DNA of 64,000 nt from Cyanophora paradoxa CCMP329. Taxonomy: Eukaryota; Plantae; Glaucophyta. Below, piece by piece: positions 25,201-35,419 of the stretch (positions within the stretch are counted from its first letter, which is position 1; each line of letters opens with the position of its first letter). The DNA lies in assembly GCA_004431415.1 (NCBI GenBank), contig QPMI01000579.1, forward strand, positions 157,077 through 221,076, given 5' to 3'. Made by a program: the position numbers and the translations under genes. A model generated the notes under the pieces. The model had not been told where the DNA came from, ran no database searches, and worked only from the letters and a program-made list of their open reading frames with translations.

Positions 25201-28200
25201 AAGCCGCCGCACGAGTCGCGATGGATCGAGAACTTCACCACGCGCCATCCGCTCGCCGGAACTGGCACCTGGGCGCGGAGTCGAGGACACGATTACGCTC
25301 GAAGCCAATTCGCGAGGAAGGAGGCGGCGCACCGCTCCGTAGTGGTGGTTGTTGATGAGCGTCTGCTGCTTCCAAACGTACACGTACTTATTCGGCTCGT
25401 TGATGAAGAAATTGATCCCCACGTCGGAAGCGAAGAAGAGCGTGTGCGCCGAGCTCAGCGATCTCGATTGGAATATCTGATCGTTGACGTCCGCGAAATC
25501 CACAGGCACGTTCCCGTAAACGAACGCCATCGGCACGGTGGAAATCTTGAATGTGACGGTCGCTGCGTGAACGCTTCAGTTTCCAGGCGCCAGTCCAAGC
25601 CATGCATGTGCGAGATGCACCTATGAACGTGTCCGGCGAGCCTGCCTGCGGCCGGAACGTGTAGAAGCCGCGGCATGCCGACCCGGACGCGCCCCTCGGG
25701 CACAGCGTCAGGTTCTGGCCCGCCGCCACCGCCGAGCCCGCCATCGACTCCCCACGGGAGTACTGCCAAGGCCCGCCCCGCGAGAAGTTGCGCTCGAAGA
25801 CCAACCGAGGCTCCCCCAGCGACACGTTGAACGAGACGGTCCCCGCTCCGCCCGACCGAGGGAGAAGGGGCGACGGCACGCCCGCGAGCATACCGGCCGC
25901 CTGCACCGACATGAATGCAGGCGACCCAAGCGATGGGGCCCCCTCCAGGCGCAGCGTCGCGTTGCAAGAGAAGCTCGTTCCAGCCGCGGGGCCGGCCGGC
26001 CCCCAGGATGCGATGTCGAGGCCCGCGCCGCAGCTCAGCGACGACGTCGCATCGGCGCCTGTTAGAACGCGGAGCTGTGCATAAGCAACGATCGGCAAGC
26101 GCGCGGCGGACGCGCACCGCCGATGACGATGCGGTTGGATGAGACGGCCGCCGGGAGCCGCACAGTCAGGGTCCCGTTGCGCAGCACGGAGTCTCTCAGG
26201 CTCGCGTCGTACTCCTCGACCATCAGGTCGGTAATCAACGTCTCTTCCGGGTACGAAGCCACCGTGTCGGCGTAGAGCTGTCCCCAAGACACTCAGCGAG
26301 TCCAGTCGCACATGAGCCACTTCGAAGGTAGCGCGAACGCTCACCCGGAACGTCCAGCCAGGCGCGGGGTCCCAGGTGGTGCGGTCCGTGATCAGGACGT
26401 CCTCGAGCGTCGTCTCGCCATCAACCACGACGGACACGACGACGCTGCCCGCAGCCGCGCCGGGCCGGACGTGCACTGCCGCCGAGCGCCACACGCCTGC
26501 AGCCACAATGAGCATGCCAGCGTGGAAAAAACTCGAGCCACGATCAAGGCGGGTGTCCGCGGGCGCCCGCTATCGTACACGCATGCGCACCACCGGCAGC
26601 ACCGGACGCGATGCTGCTCGTCGCAGTTCCGCCTTGCGCGTGCCGCGTCGTCGGATGCCATATCGACAAATAGCCGTATTTATAGCCTGCAAGCGCGCGA
26701 TGATCATCATGGCATGAGTTGAAAACTAATCGAATCTCAACACAGGGCGGGTCGGCGAGATCGCCGTGAGTGCTTTCTGGCGTGTTCCCGCGCTTCTAAA
26801 TACGTAGCATTTCAAGTACAGGGCGCACCCACGTAAGTTGCGAAATGAACTGCGCAATTATGCACGTTGGTCGCAGCCATGGAACACATGATTATTGCAG
26901 CGGATCGAGACGGGTTCGCGGCCAGCTACAGCCTGTGCGCACCGGACAATCGATCGCCCTGCATGGCGAGACAGCCAAGAGCTCCGGTGCAGTACGGAGC
27001 GGACGACGCTGTCGGCCCGTTGAACGTGTCGTTGATACGCCGCGCTGTGCCGTACGCGAACGTGAACCCGGTCCCCCCGTCTGGTTGGCGGCCCGCGTCA
27101 GATTCAGCAGCGGCGCACGGCGCGAGTGCACACTCGTGAGGGAGTTGATGGACATGAAGCGAAAGCTCGCAGTGAAGAAGCGCGGCGGCGGCCCTGCCGG
27201 CTCGAAGACGAACATGCCCTCGCTCGGCGCGCCGCGCACGAGCCGAAGCGCGCCGTCTTCGGGCGACAGGGCGGCGGAACCCGTGATCGACCACCTGCGA
27301 GTTGAAGGAAGAGCTCAATAAGCTCAATGTGCAGGCTCTCGTATCTGCGACGAGCCCATCAGCACACACCGGTACGAGGTGGGAGGGCCCGCGGTGGTGT
27401 TGAAGCTCTCCTTGAAGACCACGAATCCGTAGGGGCCGCGCTCGAAGGCAACAGAGAAGTCGAAGCTCGGCGAGGCTGCTACACGAGCGAGGTCCTGCAC
27501 AACGCGTCCGCGGAGCCCTCCCGAGAGCTCCGCCGTGAACGGCAGCAGGACGGGATCGAAATGGATGCTGTTGCTCGCCAGCCGCGTCTCCAGCCGGCAG
27601 GTCGCCACAGCTGCCTCTCTGATGGCGGGGAGTGGAAGAACTGCAGGAGTGCACTGCAGCGTGCTCGAGGCGTCCGGAGGGCGCACAACCCAGAGCGGGT
27701 ACGGCGTGCTCTGCACTTGCGTTCCGGACGCGGCGTGGCTGTAGAACAGGGTCACGCTCCCGCTGGTGATGGATGCGGCCGCGGTGAAGTTGAACCGATA
27801 CTCGCTGATGATCTGGGACCCCAAGCCTGACGCGAACGGGACGAAGGCCCCAATGGAGCCCAGGCCCGCGGAAGAGAGGCTCGCATTGACGGTGCCGAGC
27901 GGAGCAAAGATCGGCGTCCCCTGCCGGGCCGGCCGGGCCGAGCACAAGACGCTTGCGTTCACCTGCACGGCAATCTTTGCGCAGTGCACGACGACCTCCG
28001 TAGGCAGGTCTGTCGGCGATTGCAGTGTGAGGTGGCTGTGCCCAACGAGCCCGACAAACAGGGGTATGCACCAGAAACGATGAAGCTCGTGGAGAGGGCC
28101 ACAGCTGCGCCGCGCATCATTGTGACCGTCACGCGCCCTGTCTGCGCGATCGACGGCACGACTGGCGCAAAGGTCGCATTTGAGTACGCCATCCCGAATT

Positions 28201-31200
28201 CGTCCCCGCTCGTGAAAACGACGTTCGCAACCAAGGAGCCCGCCTGCAGCCCCTCCGCCGGGATCGTCACCCTCGCCACCGCGTAGACATTTGCGGGAGT
28301 TACGTCGACAAATATCGGCCCGCCCGCCTTCTTCGCGGCGTATGTGCACACCACGGCTTCCGCAATCCTGGCCTGCTGCGGGCACAGCAGCTGCGACGTA
28401 ACTGTCGCGGGCAGCGGGGTTGCAGCATCATCCGGCGTGTCTGCACTCGCGGTTAGGCAGATCCTTTCAGATATGCAACGGTCCGATGGTCACGCGCGCT
28501 GTTCACTCACCAGGGTAAAGGAAGACGCCGATGGCAGCTCCGGCGGGCCAGCCCGCCACCCCGAACCGCAGGCTCGGGTAGTTCTCCGGCAAAGTGTAGT
28601 GCATGCCTGCGCATTGACCATCGACTTCCGGATCTCCAGGGATCGCGATCGTCTGCACGACCGCGTCAGCTCCCCGGCCCGTGAGAAACGCAGCAAGCAT
28701 TGCGCTCACCTGGTTCGCATTTGTCCTATTTATCAGGTAGACCGGAGGTGTTCCAGCAATCGTATGATGCTTCCAGGATGTGTGGATTGCGAACGGCGTG
28801 CCCCGCAGATCAAGGTTCAGGATGCCGTCGGTATCGCAAGGTCCACCCCACGCTGGATAGTAGGCGTTGGACCCGGTAACAGCGCTGACGAAATCCATGG
28901 CGTTGACAGCAAAAGTGGGTCCGAGAGCTGTTGCGGGGTAGTCAAATCGCAGTCCCCAGAAATAATACCGGTAGGTGCCGCTGTAGATGTTGGCATAGTT
29001 TGATACCCCATACGCTCCGCCCATTGGGAGAGCAAGGAAGTCGTTCGTCGAAAAATAAAAGAAGCGGTGTTGAACGTACTCGCCCGTCTCCTGCGCGACG
29101 GCACGATGGCGTGAGATAATCCAATGCAAAATCCATTGCCAGAAGCTCGAGGCAACGAGAGTACCGAGTTCCTGAAAGCGTACATGCGCGCAGTGCCTGC
29201 TCGGAGAAATCGTGAGCGAACGGACGCGGGCACGAATTCCGATGATATCCCCTTGACGTCTCACCCGTGACATTCACGAGAACAGAAGCTATTACGCCCA
29301 CGGAAGCAAATGAAGCGGTAAGCGGGGCTGTTCTCAGAGCATCCGCGATTGACGCCGGCGATCCGACGAACGTGTACGTGACCTCGAAAACGAAGCTCGA
29401 CCCCGAGGCCGCCATCAAAGAGCGATCAACGACCGCCGTCAGTTTCGTCGCCAACATGCCAGGGTGGCTGAGCGTGACGTTCGACGCGAGCACCGAGACG
29501 GGCTCCTCGCGCCACCGCGTGGTCAGGTTACACCTGATTGCACGGCCATCATCGTGAGCGACAAAAGCACGAATAACGACTCTGCAGACTGCAGACGTCA
29601 GCGCACCTCAGGGTTTCGCCGGTGGTCACTAAGAAGAAGTTCCGGCCGGTCCGTGGTGCGCACTGCGCAGGCGCACATGGTCATAGCCGAGCACGCGGAA
29701 TCGATCATCAGCCGCACGCGTGCGAGCGCAAAGTTCATAATATTAACACGGACCTGCATTATGCTTGTCGAATCCGGCTCGCCAAGAACGACGAGGGCGC
29801 GGGGCTGAACCAGAGTCCGCTCGACAGAGACGGTGCTCCCGCTCGAACTCGTAAGCACGAATGTGCCTCGCAGCACCAGGTCCCATTTGCTCTGCTCGCA
29901 AGACGCTCGTCTTAAAAACAGCAATTGGAATGCACTTGCTGCTGCCAGAGAGCGACTGCAGTTGCAGCTAAAATACGCACCGGCAAAAGCTCGCGTCCCG
30001 TCGCATTGAGAGGGAAAGAAAAGGAGTTGCTCGCTGTGGTGATAGGACCCGCCTGGAGCCGGACGATGCCAGTCGTGTTCGCCACAGATACATTGAAGAT
30101 GCCACTCGCGCTCCCTTCCAACATGGCCCCTGAGCCGACATGATTAGACAATTATCCTCAAGTGCAGGAGCTGGATGTTCCGTCATCATTGCACAACATT
30201 CGCACCTCGGACTGTCGCGATGAGAGCTGCTGGGAGGGAGACGTACGACAGGCGCGGGATTGAGAGCTCTGCCGACACCGTCCAGATTGAAATGGCCGCG
30301 CTTGTCACGACGGCAGCCGGGATGGCGTCCGGGTCGCTGAAAGCGGCTGCCACATCGCAGCTGGTCGGCGAGCCCGTGGCGTTGAGCGTGAATCGCAGCT
30401 CCGGGAGACCGCTCGTGCCATTCACAACGACGATGTGTCCAGCAGCAATCGATCCCGCCACGCAGGACGTAATGTGCACTGAGAGCAGGGCCGGAGGCAC
30501 GAAAGTACGGATTCCGCTCTTCGAAGGCACGATGGTGCAATCGACAGTGGAGTTGACCGCAATCAGGTCACTCCCGCAGGAAGCATTGACAGCGTCCGGC
30601 ACATCTGCACGAAAGGTCGGCGAGCGGCATATAAAAATACCAACAGCGAAGTATCGCGATCCAGACCCGAGACAGCGATGACCGACGTGTTCGCGATGGG
30701 TGAGCCTCGATAAAGGGCTACAAGCCGGCCGCTCCCCAACGGCGCGAAGACTGGTGCGGACCCGCGTGCGCGCGGTAAATGAGCAAGAAATCCAGATATA
30801 CAAAGGCTGCAGCGCCAGCTTAAGCGCACCCGGCTCTGTTGCCGAAATCTGCACGTCGGAAATCCCCGCCTCGGTTGCGTACCCGTACCCGGCGTTGGAT
30901 CCAAAAAAGGCGAACGCCCTGTGCGGCGCGGTGAGTAGGCATTGAAATTGAGTGAATGGCGGCAACGGAGTTCAACGGAGGTTTCACCAGTCAGGCCGAG
31001 GGCTCCACCGCGGGATCGAAATGCTCGGGACCACAACGCGTCCCCGCCACGTCACCCTCAGTGATGCTCCCGCGGGATTTGCTCTATCGGGAGCGACCTC
31101 GACCTGACGTCGAATTGATAAGGACCTGCACGACCCATCTCCGCGCAGGAGACCCACACCTCCATGGGGTACATCGGCTCATTCGTCAGCGCGTTGTCCG

Positions 31201-34200
31201 TTGCAGAGGTGTAGAGACCGGCGGACTGGTAGTGGACGATGTTGCCGAGGTCATCGTATACATGGACGTAATGCTGTCCCGCTCGCGCCCACAGCGTGTA
31301 GAGGCGGACCTAGACGCCGACATCAATGTCGTATCTCACAACGCCCGCACCGCACACAGCCGATAATGGTTCGAACGAAGCCCATCATAACGCACCGTGA
31401 GCCCTGCATTTCGCGAGCGAATGTGCCCTTTTCCGTCGTTGGCGAGAACCGAATCCGGCGCCGTCACGTTCCATCCTAGAGGAAACGCGCCGATGGAGAA
31501 CGCGAATCCATCAGACGAGTATCCGACGGAGAAGCTCGGCCCGGTGCCGGTCTTGCCGCAGCACAGCTTGTACCGCCACGAGGCCCTGAAGAACCGCGGC
31601 ACGCGTGCTGGCGCAAACACCCACGCCCCGCCTGCCCGCGGTAACGCCGGCACAAGCTGAAGGTACGGGCCGGTGGCTGCCGAGACCACGCGCGCAGTGC
31701 CCGTGAGCGAGGATCCTGACCGGGCGAAGCTCCACGCGCTCGTGAAGTTCTCGGCAAAGACCAGCGAGGTCGGCGCAAACGCGAAGCTGAAGCGCGACGC
31801 GAAGCCGCCGAAAGCGGAGACGGACCCGACGAGCGTCCCATCGGCGATGACGCGCAGGTCGCCCGCGTCGACGGCCACTGGAGCACCGCTCCGGCGCAGC
31901 TCGAGGGTGCAGTTGTTCGCAGAGATGTCACTGCTGGAGGCCAGCAGCCGTCTGAGGGGACAGTGCAGTCGCGATGACAAGTCCGGCGCTGCGCAGTCGG
32001 AGCACACGCGCGCGCTTTCGTCAGCCGCAAGGTGCGCTTTCGAAACCCAAGCGCGCATCAGGCACCTCCATCGAGCCTTACGGCGGCAATGGTAGAGCCG
32101 TTGCCGGCGGATCCGTCGGTCAGCGCCACGACGGCGGCTCCGGCAGCCGCGGGCGCTGCAGGGTGCCGGTCCTGGCTCTCGACTCGGACTGGCAACGGAA
32201 GAATAAAAAGAATCAGATGCACGCAAACTCCACCACACAATCGCGAGAATTTAACACAACAGAAGAGCGCGAACCAGACTGGACTACCACCTCGTTCGTG
32301 GCTGCCGTAGACGTTCCCGGATCAGACAGCAGAAGGAAGCCCCTGCGAGATGTCGAGCAGGCCGACGCGTACGCCAGTCCACGTCAGATGGAGGACGAGC
32401 GATTGGCAAACTCCTTTGAAGGACCGCACCAGTTTGGCGACGGCGCCCAGCCAGTGAAACGTTGATTGATTGCCCCGTCGGCTCCAGCGTAGTCGTCTGG
32501 AGTGATGCTAACCCCATCTGCTCGCGCAAGAAATCGATTTCTCGACAGAAATCAGAACGATCGAGCAGCGATGGCGAACCCATCTCAATCGAATACACAG
32601 CATCCGCATCAGCATTTCTATGCAAAAAAGATCGTCAGCTTTCGAATATTCGTCTACTTGAAGCACAAAAAGCAAGCCGCCGCACGAGTCGCGATGGATC
32701 GAGAACTTCACCACGCGCCATCCGCTCGCCGGAACTGGCACCTGGGCGCGGAGTCGAGGACACGATTACGCTCGAAGCCAATTCGCGAGGAAGGAGGCGG
32801 CGCAGCGCACCGCTCCGTAGTGGTGGTTGTTGATGAGCGTCTGCTGCTTCCAAACGTACACGTACTTATTCGGCTCGTTGATGAAGAAATTGATCCCCAC
32901 GTCGGAGGCGAAGAAGAGCGTGTGCGCCGAGCTCAGCGATCTCGATTGGAATATCTGATCGTTGACGTCCGCGAAATCCACAGGCACGTTCCCGTAAACG
33001 AACGCCATCGGCACGGTGGAAATCTTGAATGTGACGGTCGCTGCGTGAACGCTTCAGTTTCCAGGCGCTAGTCCAAGCCATGCATGTGCGAGATGCACCT
33101 ATGAACGTGTCCGGCGAGCCTGCCTGCGGCCGGAACGTGTAGAAGCCGCGGCACGCCGACCCGGACGCGCCCCTCGGGCACAGCGTCAGGTTCTGGCCCG
33201 CCGCCACCGCCGAGCCCGTCATCGACTCCCCACGGGAGTACTGCCAAGGCCCGCCCCGCGAGAAGTTGCGCTCGAAGACCAGCCGCGGCTCCCCCAGCGA
33301 CACGTTGAACGAGACCGTCCCCGCGCCGCCTGACTGAGGGCGAAGGGGCGACGGCACGCCCGCGAGCATGCCGGCCGCCTGCACCGACATGAACGCCGGC
33401 GACCCGAGCGATGGGGCCCCCTCCAGGCGCATCGTCGCGTTGCAAGAGAAGCTCGTTCCAGCCGCGGGGCCGGCCGGCCCCCAGGATGCGATGTCGAGGC
33501 CCGCGCCGCAGCTCAGCGACGACGTCGCATCGGCGCCTGTTGGAGCGCGGAGCTGTGCATAAGCAACGATCGGCAAGCGCGCGGCGGGCGCGCACCGCCG
33601 ACGACGATGCGGTTGGATGAGACGGCCGCCGGGAGCCGCACAGTCAGGGTCCCGTTGCGCAGCACGGAGTCTCTCAGGCTCGCGTCGTACTCCTCGACGA
33701 TCATGTCGGTAATCAACGTCTCTTCGGGGTACGATGCCACCGTGTCGGCGTAAAGCTGTCCCCGCGGCACTCAGCAAATTCGACCAAACGAGAGCCACTG
33801 TACATGCCAGGCCTAGGGAGCGGAAACGCAAGCGCTCACCCGGAACGTCCAGCCTGGCGCGGGGTCCCAGGTGGTGCGGTCCGTGATCAGGACGTCCTCG
33901 AGCGTCGTCTCGCCATCGACCGCGACGGACACGACGACGCTGCCCGCAGCCGCGCCGGGCCGGACGTGCACTGCCGCGGAGCGCCACACGCCTGCAGCTA
34001 CAGTGAGCATGCCGGCATCGTAGACCTCGAGCCACGACCAAGGCGAGTGACCGCCCGCTATCGCACACGCATGCGCACCACCCGCAGCACCGGACGCGAT
34101 GCTGCTCGTCGCAGTTCCGCCTTGCGCGTACCGCGTCGTCGGATGCCATATCGACAAATAGCCGTATTTATAGCCTGCAAGCGCGCGATGATCAGTTGGA

Positions 34201-35256
34201 GAATATTCAAAATTCACACAGAACGCGTCGGCGTGTCGGCTTATAATAGACAATTGCAATTAGGCATACCGAAGTAGGTCGCGAAATGAACTGCGCAATC
34301 AGGGACGTCGACGTTGGTCGCAGCCATGGAACGCAGCGTTATTGCAGCAGATCAAGACGGATTTGCGGCCAGCTACAGCGCGTGCGCACCGGACAATCGA
34401 TCGCCCTGCATGGCGAGACAGCCAAGAGCTCCGGTGCAGTACGGAGCGGACGACGCTGTCGGCCCGTTGAACGTGTCGTTGATACGCCGCGCTGTGCCGT
34501 ACGCGAACGTGAACCCGGTCCCCCCGTCTGGTTGGCGGCCCGCGTCAGATTCAGCAGCGGCGCACGGCGCGAGTGCACACTCGTGAGGGAGTTGATGGAC
34601 TTGAAGCGGAAGCTCGCAGTGAAGAAGCGCGGCGGCGGCCCTGCCGGCTCGAAGACGAACATGCCCTCGCTCGGCGCGCCGCGCACGAGCCGAAGCGCGC
34701 CGTCTTCGGGCGACAGGGCGGCAGAACCCGTGATCGACCACCTGCGGATTGAAGGAAAAGCTCAGCAATCAGGCCCTCATCGCGTCTGTACCGCGCCCGC
34801 GCTCGTTTCACATACCGGTGCGAGGTGGGAGGGCCCGCGGTGGTGTTGAAGCTCTCTTTGAAGACCACGAATCCGTAGGGGCCGCGCTCAAATATCACAG
34901 AAAAGTTCGTCGATGTAGTCGCCTGCAAAGAGGGCGTGGGGAGATTCGCGATCCTGCCACGAAGGTCCCCGGAAAAAGCGAAAGTGATATTTGAGAAGCT
35001 GGCTGCTTGGTTTCCGGCACGTAGCTGGCAGTGGGTTTGTGACCCCACGAGCTGTCTAAGCAGTGGAAGTGTGGCAGGAAAGCAACTTAATTCAGCTTGT
35101 CCCGACACTCGGTGCGCTGAAAAAACTGCGCAATAATGTTTTGGTGCACTCGAACACTAACGATCGCGAGCGCAAGCCGCAAAAGTTTCCGCGCGCACCC
35201 AGGACCAGGATTATTGAAAGTTGAAGAATGCTGATCTGTCCATGGCCAGCTGGCAT
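1..35256 (-). CDS. Giant multi-exon secreted/surface protein: ~20 tandem Ig-like + L-type (legume/ConA-like) lectin modules, with IPT/TIG, jelly-roll and GON-like domains; 3' end lies beyond position 1
   Basis: In the segments I spliced by hand, minus-strand ORF fragments join in frame across short GT...AG introns (e.g. 3210-3275, 3282-3330, 16181-16268, 19019-19112, 20532-20600, 35126-35198). Not every junction was checked. Putative start ATG at 35256 gives MPAGHGQISILQLSIILVL|VFSAHRVSG-QAELSC (signal-peptide-like). Recurrent module: PDxSSxLxC...CT(F/L)xPR..GxP...G(T/S)LxGxV..F...FxFxF, then (V/L)FxE(D/N)F...GxA....GYLxLT....G....PR(F/Y)F..SF...GxGxSFSYG...W..VxIxV...VxVDG...WxP...WxF...IDD. 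Lectin modules start near 34.9, 33.3, 31.8, 27.4, 25.8, 24.3, 19.95, 18.3, 16.85, 14.7, 13.5, 10.5, 9.3, 8.1, 6.9, 5.5, 4.2, 2.8, 1.6 and 0.4 kb. Confidence 0.85.
10800..12575 (-). other. Two galactose-binding-like jelly-roll domains separated by an Ig-like domain
   Basis: Two related segments: YSTTIDLTG...VQLQFLADDLVDDISVNGVSIF...GTNTLTIRTWN...NPSMLAV (11860-12575) and FTTAIDLSG...VNISVLAQQRVDDILVNGLSIF (10800-11480). Confidence 0.5.
15500..15775 (-). other. IPT/TIG (Ig-like plexin/transcription factor) domain within the giant gene
   Basis: PRLTGLAPFDGPVGGRFIQVQGVDL...VRVFPP...PGKYAVRLIFG matches the P-x-I-x-x-I-x-P-x-x-G-P-x-x-G-x-x-I-x-I-x-G pattern of IPT/TIG. Confidence 0.7.
16186..16217 (+). 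repeat. G32 homopolymer inside an intron
   Basis: 32 consecutive G within the minus-strand intron 16181-16268. Confidence 0.9.
16629..24087. repeat. Intragenic tandem segmental duplication, copy A (~7.46 kb)
   Basis: Near-identical to 24088-31554; offsets of 7459-7486 from matching ORFs (e.g. 19367/26845, 20873/28344). Confidence 0.95.
21050..21600 (-). other. GON-like domain (copy 1) within the giant gene
   Basis: DFLALP...NYANIYSG...YFWGLRFD...AMDFVSA...AWGGPCD..GILNLDLRGTPFAI..W resembles, from memory, the ADAMTS9/GON-1 GON pattern EYxTL...NFS..Y...FxK(I/V)R(I/L)D...DxxFA...AGDC...GxFxI(N/D)LxGT...W. Confidence 0.55.
24088..31554. repeat. Intragenic tandem segmental duplication, copy B (7.47 kb)
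   Basis: Matches copy A, and copy C at offset ~7467 (ORFs 23869/31336, 24989/32462). Confidence 0.95.
28520..29070 (-). other. GON-like domain (copy 2) within the giant gene
   Basis: Near-identical duplicate of 21050-21600 (ORF 28503-29273). Confidence 0.55.
31555..34889. repeat. Intragenic tandem duplication, partial copy C (3.3 kb)
   Basis: Matches 24088-27443 up to gaatccgtaggggccgcgctc, then unique N-terminal sequence follows. Confidence 0.9.
35099..35256 (-). other. Predicted first exon(s) and signal peptide of the giant lectin gene
   Basis: ATG at 35256; intron 35126-35198 (GTGCGC...TGCGCAG, phase 1) joins a hydrophobic core LQLSIILVLVFSA to HRVSG/QAELSC, in frame with ORF 34551-35108. 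Confidence 0.65.
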
Positions 35257-35419
35257 ACGCAAAGGCGGCGGACGTATTGTCCCAAGTCGCCTTTGTTTCA
35301 TGCACATGCATATGGGCGTTGCAATCGGGCACTGGTCATGAAAAGCCGTCACATGGCCCTGGAGTTCGCTTCCGCCCGCGATTTCTGACATGGATGCATC
35401 CTGCGATTTTTTAATATGA

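Noticed and set aside
16629-34889. Diversity-generating retroelement template/variable repeat pair
   Set aside because: No reverse transcriptase; differences are not adenine-specific and concentrate in introns.
1-35256. Plus-strand ORFs overlapping the giant gene (e.g. 7184-8221, 9055-9786)
   Set aside because: Antisense shadows of GC-rich coding sequence with no recognisable protein features.
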